A stretch of 63,990 nucleotides of DNA, the filler included, from Stramenopiles sp. TOSAG23-2 (taxonomy: Eukaryota): assembly GCA_900128395.1 (NCBI GenBank). It is 4 parts of 4 records of this genome, joined end to end, with 100 filler letters (N's around TTAATTAATTAA, not from the genome) between each part and the next. Parts side by side here need not be neighbours in the genome. Positions count along the whole stretch, not along the records: positions 49,668 to 63,990 come from LT649763.1; 3 more parts are not named here. One strand, 5' to 3'. Within the stretch, counting starts at the first letter, position 1, and each line of letters opens with the position of its first letter. Positions 50,838-60,534 of the stretch are shown here, in pieces. A program made the position numbers and the translations under genes. The notes under the pieces are model-generated. The model was not told the origin of the DNA and did not search any database. It saw nothing but the letters and a program-made list of their open reading frames with translations.

Positions 50838-51600
50838 ATATATAAAGAATGGAGAGAAGATAATATTCTTGTTCAATACTATTTATATTATAATTAATTT
50901 TTGTGTTACGCAAATATGGAATAAATTTATGTGTATTCCAATGCTATTCCCCTGCTAATAGTTTTGATAATATGTAAAATCAAAACTATTTTGTAGACGG
51001 AGTTATGATTTTGATAAAAAATCAAAAGAGCCAAGCAAACTTATTTTTATTAGTGAATAAAAATTATTATATCTTTATATTTAGTCTAATATATAAAAAA
51101 TGGAGAGATTAATACATAGTAATTTCATAGTAGCAAAAGCAATTTTGGAATATATTTGCGTTTCCAATGCTATTCAGCTGCTAATAGTTTTGATAATATG
51201 TAAAATCAAAACTATTTTTTGATAAAAACTCAAAAGAGCCAAGCAGTAACTAATTTTTATTATAAATAAAAATAATTATATCTTTAATTTTAGTCTAATA
51301 TATAAAAAATGGAGAGAAAATAAATTCTTAATTTAAAGCTGTGTCTATTTTAATCCATTTTTGTTTTGCGCAAATCTGGAATATATTTATTTGCTGTTCC
51401 AATGCTATTCCCCTGCTAATAGAATAGATAAATTATTAAAAAAAGCAAAAATATTCCTGTGCTCAGACGTGTGCGTTTCCAATGCTATTACGGCGTAATA
51501 GTTTTGATAATTTCTAAAATCAAAACTCTGTGTTATGATTAAAAAAAAAATCAAAACACCAACCACGGTGGAGTTATGAAAAAAAAATAAATCAAAACTC
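50838..51600. repeat. Array of 3-4 imperfect ~210-250-bp repeats built from conserved palindromes
   Basis: TTCCAATGCTATT at 50936, 51162, 51397, 51477; TATATAAA.AATGGAGAG at about 50839, 51090, 51299; GTTWTGA-N11/12-ATCAAAA six times. Confidence 0.9.
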
Positions 51601-51705
51601 ACTCTACATCATACCTATTTCACGCATTTCTCTTTAACAAATATAGAAACAAAATACTTAAACAAACCAATAGAAAACAATACTTTTGTATAAATATAAT
51701 CAACA

Positions 51706-52584
51706 ATGAATTCTTATGAAGCGTTAAATGAGAAGCCAAAGAATTTTTATGGAAAGCTGTATCAATTTGTAACTTATTTATTAGACAAACCGCGAGACGA
51801 AAGGCATGTGCGATCTTCAAGCAAAGATGAAAAGCAAAAGAAGATGTTTTACTTTTACAATAAAATTAAAAAGCTAGAAACGTTTACCAATATACCAGAA
51901 CCACCTGTAGATAATGTGACGATAGAAGGTCATACGATAGTTTTAACAAATAAATCCGCAAAAGAAATTGTTGAAGAAATTGTTGCCGCGATTGTGCCAA
52001 CGAAAACGTCCAGAAATATTGGCGTGGCGATGAAAGACGTAAAGGATAGGAAGAAACCTAACGATGTGTTTATCACTCCGCTGAAGCTGGCAAAACTTCA
52101 CATAGATATGATAGAGGCAAAAGAAACGGATGTATGGCTAGACCCTTGTAGAGGAACAGGCAATTACTTTAACCAATTTCCAAGCAAATGTAAACGACGA
52201 TGGTGCGAGATAGAAGACGAAAGAGATTTTTTGACTTACAGAGGCAAAGATATTGATGTTATTATAGGAAATCCTCCCTACAGTTTGCTAGACGCATTTT
52301 TTGAAAAAGCCGTGAAGCTGAAGCCGCGTGTAATAAGTTTTTTAATTGGGATAATGAATTTTACAGGCAAACGATTTGATATGTTAAAAGAAGCAGGTTA
52401 CAAATTGCGTAAGATTCATTATTGTAAAGTGGCTGCGTTTGTAGGAACGACTACTATTTTTGTGTGGGTAAAAAATGAAACCAGAGACACGATTGTTACG
52501 TGGGGCAATAGGAAATGGGAAAGTGATGATGTATATAAACAGAAGAAGGTGAAGCGTTTGGAACGTGAGAGAAGAAAAAGCTGA
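51706..52584 (+). CDS. DNA N6-adenine (amino) methyltransferase
   Basis: Motif X NDVFITP, motif I WLDPCRGTG, WCEI...RDFL, catalytic motif IV IIGNPPYS (gamma-type order). Confidence 0.9.
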   Translation: MNSYEALNEKPKNFYGKLYQFVTYLLDKPRDERHVRSSSKDEKQKKMFYFYNKIKKLETFTNIPEPPVDNVTIEGHTIVLTNKSAKEIVEEIVAAIVPTKTSRNIGVAMKDVKDRKKPNDVFITPLKLAKLHIDMIEAKETDVWLDPCRGTGNYFNQFPSKCKRRWCEIEDERDFLTYRGKDIDVIIGNPPYSLLDAFFEKAVKLKPRVISFLIGIMNFTGKRFDMLKEAGYKLRKIHYCKVAAFVGTTTIFVWVKNETRDTIVTWGNRKWESDDVYKQKKVKRLERERRKS

Positions 52585-52950
52585 GCAAACGCAAATAAAA
52601 TGCGATAGATTACAAATTATTTTGTAAATGTCTTTTTGTAAATGTCTTTTTGTATGTTTATATTTATTGCGCGTAATAATAAAATAATATCTTTTCCGTC
52701 CAGTCTCTATTAGCAGGTAAATACCATTGTTACAGGGTGATAGTATAGGTATCTTACTTGATTTATTTTTTTTTGGATACAAAGAACTAAGAAATAAATG
52801 AATATTGAATTGAACAAACCCAAACAAACAACTAACAGAAAAGTGTTTCCTGTGACGATAAATAATCAAAAAATTTAAGTTATACAAAAATTTATAAGAA
52901 GATATTTATATTCAACTAAAACCGCAAACTATTTTAAACATTTTATTACA

Positions 52951-53853
52951 ATGGCTTCTTTAGCGTCAGAAAATAATACTCCCGGCAATTCCCCGAACAA
53001 ACCTACAAGATCAAGAGCCGTGGGTGGTAAAAAAAAAGCTGTATGCGATGTTTGGCAAAAAGGAAAACAATATAAAACAGAACAATGGATAAAATTTGTA
53101 ATTGATTTTATTAAAAACAACCCGAAAAAGATGCCATTAGTTAACCCGACGATACCGGCTAGTCCAGGTTTTAAGGCACACGTTAAAAAAGAAGACGCAT
53201 TCCAATACAGTATATGGAGTTGGATAAACAGGGAAAAAAACAAATCTGAAAAAAGAGACGCGATTATAGCAGCTTTCAAGGCACAACTTCCTAAAAAAGA
53301 TATTGAAGCTTGGTTACCGCAGCTCTTTAAAAAAAAAAAAACTGAAACAGGTAAACCTATTTACGACGGAATTAAAGATGTTCTCATATGGATGGGCGAA
53401 GAACCTGGTGCTTTACCTAGTTTAGACGACAGGGATGAAAGAAACGGGATTAAAGATACTAAAGTCTTTCAATTTATGTATAGGACTGAATGGACGGAAA
53501 AAAGACAAAGCTTGTTTAAAGAGAAATTTAACAAGAAATATGGAAGCGTAGCTTTCTCTATATACGACAAATTCTTTCATTATTTTCATATAGCTAAATC
53601 AAACAAACTAACAATGGAGGACAACAATGATTTAAAAACGAAGCCAAAAACGAAGCCAAAAACGAAGCCAAAAATCAAAAAATTGAAGAAGATAAAGATG
53701 TCACCAGAAAAAATGAAGGAACTAAATGCCCGCATTAAAAAGAAAAAGCAAGGAATGTCTTCCGGAAGTGAAGGTAACAAGAAAGTATCTTCAACCGAAA
53801 AGGAATTAAAGAGAGAAGTGAAAAAAGTTGGAAAAGCTACATTGCCACAATAA
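52951..53853 (+). CDS. Hypothetical Lys-rich protein
   Basis: 300-aa ORF with KTKP x3 repeat; no family recognised. Confidence 0.75.
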   Translation: MASLASENNTPGNSPNKPTRSRAVGGKKKAVCDVWQKGKQYKTEQWIKFVIDFIKNNPKKMPLVNPTIPASPGFKAHVKKEDAFQYSIWSWINREKNKSEKRDAIIAAFKAQLPKKDIEAWLPQLFKKKKTETGKPIYDGIKDVLIWMGEEPGALPSLDDRDERNGIKDTKVFQFMYRTEWTEKRQSLFKEKFNKKYGSVAFSIYDKFFHYFHIAKSNKLTMEDNNDLKTKPKTKPKTKPKIKKLKKIKMSPEKMKELNARIKKKKQGMSSGSEGNKKVSSTEKELKREVKKVGKATLPQ

Positions 53854-53963
53854 AAGTGCCTACGAACATTAAAAACAAATGACAAAAGTGGGGGAGTCAA
53901 CTTAAAAGTTAAAGTATATATTATCTATTTAGTTATTTTATATTTCAAGTGTTTTATGCGCGT

Positions 53964-54026
53964 AATTTTCACATAGGCACAGCAAGGAAAATTTCTCCGC
54001 CATTGAATTTTAGCATAGGCACAGCA
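53964..54026 (+). promoter_or_regulatory. Direct repeat CATAGGCACAGCA x2 with 42-bp spacing upstream of ORF 54179
   Basis: Copies at 53972-53984 and 54014-54026, each preceded by AATTTT. Confidence 0.45.
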
Positions 54027-54178
54027 CTAATTATACCTCTATTTTTCAACATTCAAAACATTTATATTTTCAATACGCACCCTTTTCTTTTTCAAAAACT
54101 ATAAGCATTTTCAAACACGCATAACCGATATTATTTATCAAGCAAACATAAAGTTTCATTGTTTCAAATCACAACAAA

Positions 54179-55315
54179 ATGAATCATAACAAAATCAATC
54201 ACAACAAAATAAATATGTCCGCAAAACAAAAAGAACAAGCAAAAGCTAAATTCATAGCCGTCTTTGGCAAGGCACCACCGAATAGGTTTGCTGGCGATTT
54301 CAAGTGGCTAACTAAGAAAATTGAAGAAAGTAACAAAGCACAAGCTATGCCACCTCATACACCGGGCACGCATAAAAAGGTAGTTCCTAGTGCTCCTAGA
54401 ATGAACATTGGTTCTAGCAGTTCCGGTGGAGGCAGACCCAAAGCCGGCAACAACAAGTGGGTTGAAATGCTGAAGCAACGCGCCGGTTCCCCTTCCGATG
54501 AACAAGTAGAAAAGTTTAAAGATGCATTTGGGCTAAACGGAAAAGAAAAAACTGTGTCCGATGAAGACTTTTTAGAAATGGCGCAGTGGTCTTCAGGGCA
54601 AAAGAAATCCGCTGGCAAAATACTTCAACTATCATATCCAAATCTGAAAAGAGAGAGTGATGCGTTGGATGCTAAAGTTCAACAAACGATTCAGTTTCCG
54701 CAGCTAAACCAGCAACCAAAACTAAAAGCAGACGTGACGAAAAACCTTGTCAATTTAATAGAAGTGCTGGAGTGTGCTCCACGATTCCAACAACAAGAAT
54801 TGAGAAATCAAGTTGCTGAAGCATTTAAGCTAATAAGCCAAAAGAGAAACGAGGGCTTTATGTTGGCACAGCGAGCTTTAATATCTCATAGCGAAGGTTC
54901 TGTCAAAGCTAAAGAAGTTCAAGAGCACAAGAAAAAAATTAAATCTTTGGATAAACGCATAAAAATGTTCCGAACAAGTTTACAGCAGGTAAAGCAAGCC
55001 GATGATAGCGATGACAGTGATGACGAAGACAATACGCAACATTTTCAAAAGCAAATCAATGAGGCTGAAGAAAAAAAGCGTTTGCTTCAAGAAGCGCACG
55101 ACCTAGCGGTTGGAAAACAAACGTTAAAACGTAAAAGAACGGTATTTGACACCAAAATCACCAAAAAAGCTAAATATATGGACGAATATGAGCACCGTGG
55201 TTTGAAAAAAAAAGCCAATAAACACCCGGAACAAGAAGAAGAATCCAACGGCGACTCAGCAGACATTGATGGAGGCACCAGTTTTGTCTCTAAACTTACA
55301 TTTGGCTTATTGTAA
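54179..55315 (+). CDS. Hypothetical coiled-coil protein
   Basis: 378-aa ORF; small N-terminal helical motif FGKAPPNRFAGDFKWLTKKIEE and C-terminal coiled coil. Confidence 0.8.
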   Translation: MNHNKINHNKINMSAKQKEQAKAKFIAVFGKAPPNRFAGDFKWLTKKIEESNKAQAMPPHTPGTHKKVVPSAPRMNIGSSSSGGGRPKAGNNKWVEMLKQRAGSPSDEQVEKFKDAFGLNGKEKTVSDEDFLEMAQWSSGQKKSAGKILQLSYPNLKRESDALDAKVQQTIQFPQLNQQPKLKADVTKNLVNLIEVLECAPRFQQQELRNQVAEAFKLISQKRNEGFMLAQRALISHSEGSVKAKEVQEHKKKIKSLDKRIKMFRTSLQQVKQADDSDDSDDEDNTQHFQKQINEAEEKKRLLQEAHDLAVGKQTLKRKRTVFDTKITKKAKYMDEYEHRGLKKKANKHPEQEEESNGDSADIDGGTSFVSKLTFGLL

Positions 55316-55436
55316 GTTAAAGTTTTGCGTTTACGTTGTCCAATCTGATGGAATTTTGATTAAATTATTTTTATTTGCGTGTTTATTTTATATTTATACT
55401 TAACTATTATTACACTACATATATGATAGGAATATA

Positions 55437-55577
55437 GTTTTGATTTTTTTTAAAATCACGCGCTAATTTTTATACTACTATTGATTTTAGCTGTAAATCA
55501 CAGCAACGAGTTTTGATTTTTTTAAAAATCATAATCCACCACAACACCAAGCCTGTGATATTTTGTAAAATCATAAT
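55437..55577. promoter_or_regulatory. Second cluster of four TGAT-N10/11-ATCA palindromes
   Basis: Sites at 55437, 55478, 55510, 55553; 55508-55540 is an inverted near-copy of 51567-51600. Confidence 0.7.
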
Positions 55578-55706
55578 TAATTGATTATTAAGTATTAATT
55601 GATGACACCAAAAAGATACGCAAGTTGGTATACACGAATATAACAAAAACAGAAACAAACCAAGAAACGAAAACAAAACAAACAATTTTTTACAAAAAAT
55701 CAACAA

Positions 55707-56333
55707 ATGGAAATGGAAATTACATATGAAAATGTTAAAGCGAGTTTTGGAACTACGTTGCCAATACTGGTAATATTATATATGGCTTACACGTATATAA
55801 ATAATACATTTTGTGAAGACGATCACGGACAATTTTTTTGTTTGCTATTAGATAAAATCAAAGACAAAAACATAGAATGGATAATAAGTTTGTTGTTTGG
55901 TTTATCAGCGCACTTTTCTTATACAAGACGATTTTTTAAAAGTAAAGAAAGCTTTAGTGCTGAAGAGTTAAAAAGCGATAGACTTCAGCTATTTAGCCGT
56001 ATGACGATGGATATTTACGTGTTTAAAACGCATGAACTACCAGAACATAATGGCATCTATTTTGTGTATGAAGAAGATGTTGAACCCTACATAACACGCG
56101 AGGATAACACAGTGATAAAAAAGTGGGGAAGAAAGTTAGAAACCAAATATTATGATTACGATTTTATCCAAACGTATGCCGCCGCACAAAGGTATTTAAG
56201 GGGCGATGCTGCCACGGAGGAAAGTGTGGTAAAAGACTACAAAGCACGAAAAGAACGCCACGGAACTGCGAAAAAACAAAGGGTAAAAACACGAGTTGCG
56301 AAGAGACGTAGTAGCACGCCAAATAGACGTTAA
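55707..56333 (+). CDS. Hypothetical protein with two predicted hydrophobic segments
   Basis: 208-aa ORF; TTLPILVILYMAYTYI and IEWIISLLFGLSAHF. Confidence 0.75.
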   Translation: MEMEITYENVKASFGTTLPILVILYMAYTYINNTFCEDDHGQFFCLLLDKIKDKNIEWIISLLFGLSAHFSYTRRFFKSKESFSAEELKSDRLQLFSRMTMDIYVFKTHELPEHNGIYFVYEEDVEPYITREDNTVIKKWGRKLETKYYDYDFIQTYAAAQRYLRGDAATEESVVKDYKARKERHGTAKKQRVKTRVAKRRSSTPNRR

Positions 56334-56372
56334 TGAATTCAAGCACAGAAAATATAATATCACCAAATATAT

Positions 56373-59300
56373 ATGGAAACGATAAAGACCTTTTTCATCC
56401 AATGTAATAGAGAACTTTCTCAGATAGACGGGGATGATGACCCCGATTTAAATTCACTTTGGACTACTAATCTTGGAACAGACGGATTTCAACTCCAGAA
56501 AGGCGATATGGTGTATTTAGATAATGCTTCATTACAAGTCATTGGTAGTAGCGAAAGCAATGAAACAATGGAATTTACAGGCGACAATCAAGTAGTCAAT
56601 GGAAGGTCTCAACCTTTCACAGATAACCGTGTGTTGGTAGAATTTGGTTATACGCTGAATCAGAATTTAAATCAAGGTCCGTCCGGTTATAGTTGCGCTT
56701 TGCCAATGTGCTTACCGGGGTCCAATTATTTATCCAACGCTCAGCAAATTCAGGTCAATAATGGCAGTTACACGGTGACTCCTAGCGTTGGATTTAATTT
56801 CCAAGGAAACAATAATTACATCATATACGGTTTTTTAAATGAAGTTGATACATTTTATAATCACTTTGTATCTGGCGAAGGTATTAAAACGCTATACCTA
56901 TGTAACACTAGCGATACTATTGATGCTTCCGGCGTAGGAATTAATCCTGGTGCCGCTAGTTTTAAATGGAAAAAGGGGCAAAACGTTCAATATATCCCAG
57001 AAGATGATGAATATATAACATATACATTTGGTCCAATTGACACTTTTGATGTCAGTAGTGGGAGAATAACTGTAACGTTTGCTACGGATTCTACTGGAAC
57101 GTATCCGACCATTGTTGACGATACTGCCGTTCCGAATCCCGCATTTTTGGGGCGAATTGCTGCCTCCGTTACCTATCCTCAATCTAACTTAGGAATGGGT
57201 CTCTTTAATGCTTCAAATAATAGTGGCTCTACAACCGATAATGGGAGTTATTTCTACGATATGACAAAAGAATGGTTGAGTTCAGATGGTCCGAGAGGTT
57301 TTAGAAACAAAAACCGAAGGCAAGGTTTTGATAATTTACCCTACCAATTTGTGAGAAACGACTACCAAGGTTGTCAAGTAACACCAAATTCTATGAAAAT
57401 GAGTCCGCGACTTAAACCAATGACGTCATTTTGCTTATTGGATATTAAAAATAATTTGACTAACGTTAATGATGTTGCCGTTGAACTTTCCGAGAAACTA
57501 CAGCAAGTAAATCCAGTATGGGGGAGCCAAAAGGCAGTTATTCAATATTTAAAAGAAAAAAGCAAAAAAAACAAAGGAAACAACATTGTCCCATATGTTC
57601 AAAGTTTAGGTTACCAACCTGGGAGTGTTTTTGGTAGAGCTACGTGGAATACTGTAGCGAAACTCTTTACTTCCAATACATTAAAATGCCAGCCAGCGAA
57701 TTTACAATTGGGACAAGACAAGATTAATGACGTGGATATAAACAATACATTAAATAATGACCCCGACGGTTCTAATTATCTTCATTCAGGGACTCAACCT
57801 TCCGAATATCCAGATTATTGGAATAATCAGATTTATGGGAATATGGCGGTTCAAAACATTTACCGTGCTATGGCAGGAGATACCATAAATAGATTAAAAG
57901 TTTGGGATGGAAATATAGTGGATGATTTGGGGGTGATACATTTGGAACGAAATATTCACCGAGTTTGTTTGTTAAACACATCTATAGCGACTCACGGTGT
58001 ATCTATTGATGTCTCCGGAGAGACCGTAGATATTAGTGGTAGTTATATTCCCGAAAATGGTTGTTTATTTACGAATATACAATATACTGAGGAAAATATA
58101 AAAGATATAGCGGAAGCCTTTAAAACAGCAAGGAGTTACAATGGAGATTTTAAAACGTGGGACGAACAGTTAAAAGATAAAGATAAATGGTTTTTTCAAG
58201 CAGATTGTGGGATGACCAATGATTATTCTTCAAACCCAACTGCTTTTGCGACAGATGCGTGGAAATATGACCCTGCCCGATATGTTCCAATTCAACCACC
58301 GTGGATAAATACATTTCCACCTGCTGCTAATCCTGCCACAAATCCAGATGGCATAGGTAGAAATGTAAGTTTAATATGTCCGAATATGAGTGCCCAGGGA
58401 GTAGGAGATGATGAAATATTGGCTTCTGGCTTAGGAAAAATTAAAATTAAAACGCAATATAATCCAACATATAAAAGTATACTATATGACCATAATGATA
58501 CTGTTTGTAATGTTGATGTAAATAGTGACGTAGTAGATATCACTTTACCTGAAGCAAATAACGTTGGAGCATATCCATATAGATATACCGACATTTCTGG
58601 TAAAAAACATACCTTTGTTTATTTTCTTAGCCAACAAACATATGATGTGTCAGCGAATGGAAATAATCCTGCGTTTGGTCAGGTTGAATTACTCCAGCTA
58701 ACATGGGGAGATTTGTTTGGATATTCTTTTGCGGCATTGGATAACTATAAAGTGGTTCCAACAAATGGAGATAAAAAACGTTTTAGATTAATGGGTAATT
58801 TGGATTTTAAATATGTTGAAAACTGGAGTAATTTTATTGGAATAGGCGCTGCGAATCCGAGTATTCAATATAATAGTCAAACAAACAAGTTTCAGTTTGG
58901 TAATATGAATACGAATGTTTTTGTTAATAGTGTGCTTGGCACTGCGAGTGCTCAACTTGGAGAGCAAATTTGTATTATAAACCAAGACCTTTCCGCAAAT
59001 GAATTAATGAATAGCTATGTATTAATTGGAAACGATGTAATATTATTGAACCAGACAAATTTAGGTATACAAGCCGAACAAACTGGAATATATATATACA
59101 AGATACACTTGCCAAGCAAAAAATGGAAAGAGCCAGATGATATTGATTTAAATAGTTATTGGGACAACAGTAGTATGGAAGCGACAGAACGTAATCACGC
59201 AAAAATTTTGGAAAACACGATAGAAGCGACAGAGGAGAATTTTAGCAAAACTTTATTTGGGCGATTAGGATTCACTTACTATGATTTGTATCCACGATAT

Positions 59301-60089
59301 CCAGGTAATTACGGTAACCGATATACCTCAGAGTCATTCAACAATGAAAAATATCCTGAAGCGTCTACACACTTAGTGAAAATGGATAATGTGTTGAACA
59401 CTGCAGCAAATCCGAGTTTAAATTTATTTTATGACAAACTTTCAATATATAGCGAATACAATGGAACAATTCAATATGGTTTAGGTAGTATGAATGGCAT
59501 GCCTGAATTTGTTCAAACTAGCACTGATTTCTTAAATGCAAACAATGAAGCGAGTTTATCACAATGCAGAGTCTTCAATATTGTAAGTGATATTGTTCCT
59601 AGTAGTTTTAATAATGGTGAAGGAGTTACAACGAATACTTTATATCAGCTAAGCAAATCATACACATCTGGTAATTATATCTACGGTGGTGGTTCAGCTG
59701 GCTATCCTGTTTATAATCCACGCACAGTGACAAAGGTGAAGATTGAAGTAAGGAACCCAAATACCAATGCATTAGCAAAAATATCCCCTTCCTCCTCCAT
59801 AACTTTCCATGTAGTAAGAAAAGTTGTTATACCAATTGATATTCCTCCTTCAATGAGTAAGGCATCAAAAGAAGATGACAATAACGATGACGAAGAGGAA
59901 TCATTAACAAAAGCTGTGGAAAAAACAAACAAATCTGTGGAAGCGTTAGTAGAAGAAGAAAAACAAGACAATATATCTATGGATGCGTTGATTGATAAAT
60001 TGGGAACATATTTGGATGTTGTAAAATCTGAGCAAGAAGAAGATGCAAAGCCTGAAGCAATGCCAGAAATTAAACCAGAAACTACTTAA
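56373..60089 (+). CDS. Large virion structural protein, putative minor capsid (penton-like) protein with long insertion
   Basis: 1238 aa, Asn/Gly/Thr/Tyr-rich and beta-prone; N-terminal IQCNRE...WTTNL...LQKGDMVYLDNASL and C-terminal FNIVSDIV...SKSYTSGNYIY...VTKVKIEVRNPN...SSITFHV resemble split single-jelly-roll pentons (pattern recall only). Confidence 0.55.
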   Translation: METIKTFFIQCNRELSQIDGDDDPDLNSLWTTNLGTDGFQLQKGDMVYLDNASLQVIGSSESNETMEFTGDNQVVNGRSQPFTDNRVLVEFGYTLNQNLNQGPSGYSCALPMCLPGSNYLSNAQQIQVNNGSYTVTPSVGFNFQGNNNYIIYGFLNEVDTFYNHFVSGEGIKTLYLCNTSDTIDASGVGINPGAASFKWKKGQNVQYIPEDDEYITYTFGPIDTFDVSSGRITVTFATDSTGTYPTIVDDTAVPNPAFLGRIAASVTYPQSNLGMGLFNASNNSGSTTDNGSYFYDMTKEWLSSDGPRGFRNKNRRQGFDNLPYQFVRNDYQGCQVTPNSMKMSPRLKPMTSFCLLDIKNNLTNVNDVAVELSEKLQQVNPVWGSQKAVIQYLKEKSKKNKGNNIVPYVQSLGYQPGSVFGRATWNTVAKLFTSNTLKCQPANLQLGQDKINDVDINNTLNNDPDGSNYLHSGTQPSEYPDYWNNQIYGNMAVQNIYRAMAGDTINRLKVWDGNIVDDLGVIHLERNIHRVCLLNTSIATHGVSIDVSGETVDISGSYIPENGCLFTNIQYTEENIKDIAEAFKTARSYNGDFKTWDEQLKDKDKWFFQADCGMTNDYSSNPTAFATDAWKYDPARYVPIQPPWINTFPPAANPATNPDGIGRNVSLICPNMSAQGVGDDEILASGLGKIKIKTQYNPTYKSILYDHNDTVCNVDVNSDVVDITLPEANNVGAYPYRYTDISGKKHTFVYFLSQQTYDVSANGNNPAFGQVELLQLTWGDLFGYSFAALDNYKVVPTNGDKKRFRLMGNLDFKYVENWSNFIGIGAANPSIQYNSQTNKFQFGNMNTNVFVNSVLGTASAQLGEQICIINQDLSANELMNSYVLIGNDVILLNQTNLGIQAEQTGIYIYKIHLPSKKWKEPDDIDLNSYWDNSSMEATERNHAKILENTIEATEENFSKTLFGRLGFTYYDLYPRYPGNYGNRYTSESFNNEKYPEASTHLVKMDNVLNTAANPSLNLFYDKLSIYSEYNGTIQYGLGSMNGMPEFVQTSTDFLNANNEASLSQCRVFNIVSDIVPSSFNNGEGVTTNTLYQLSKSYTSGNYIYGGGSAGYPVYNPRTVTKVKIEVRNPNTNALAKISPSSSITFHVVRKVVIPIDIPPSMSKASKEDDNNDDEEESLTKAVEKTNKSVEALVEEEKQDNISMDALIDKLGTYLDVVKSEQEEDAKPEAMPEIKPETT

Positions 60090-60114
60090 AAATATAATCT
60101 TACTATATATGTAT

Positions 60115-60327
60115 ATGGAAAGCATTGACAAATTAATGGAAAAAGCATGAATGTATGATGATTTAATAAATGATTTGAGACAAGAAATTAAAATTTTTGA
60201 TGAGTTAAAAGCAAAAGCAATGAAAGAATGGGCAGGGAAAACAGACCTAAAAAAGTTAAACAAAAAAATTAGGAACTGCAAGTATTATTTAAAACGAAAA
60301 GCATTGAAGCAGCAACAGCAGCATTAA
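60115..60327 (+). pseudogene. Small basic helical ORF interrupted by TGA at 60148-60150
   Basis: MESIDKLMEKA*MYDDLINDLRQEIKIFDELKAKAMKEWAGKTDLKKLNKKIRNCKYYLKRKALKQQQQH*; TATATG start context shared with neighbouring genes. Confidence 0.55.
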
Positions 60328-60343
60328 GTAATATTAAGATACA

Positions 60344-60491
60344 ATATGTCTTAACATTTCTGAAAAGTGTCTAAATGTCTAAACATCTTCAATTTTCACA
60401 AACTATTCTATATATTGTTTCTTATAAATACTTTGGTAATTTCTTAGACATTTAGATGTTTAGACAGTTTTTGTAGCACATTAAGACATAT
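60344..60491. repeat. Imperfect inverted repeat with tandem octamers (ori-like)
   Basis: ATATGTCTTAA..TGTCTAAA-TGTCTAAA-CATCTT on the left; CTTAGACA-TTTAGATG-TTTAGACA..TTAAGACATAT on the right. Confidence 0.75.
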
Positions 60492-60534
60492 ATTAGTTAA
60501 ATGACTTAAAAAAATAATATTATCAATATATATA

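Noticed and set aside
51100-51222. 40-aa mini-ORF MERLIHSN... within the repeat array
   Set aside because: The equivalent ATGs in the other units stop after 4 codons, so coding is not conserved.
50838-51600. Possible CRISPR array
   Set aside because: Units are long and degenerate with homologous inter-motif sequence; no regular repeat-spacer period and no cas genes.
60148-60150. TGA reassignment or selenocysteine in the viral contig
   Set aside because: TGA terminates other ORFs in the contig (50714, 52584) and Trp is encoded by TGG; CGA-to-TGA decay is simpler.
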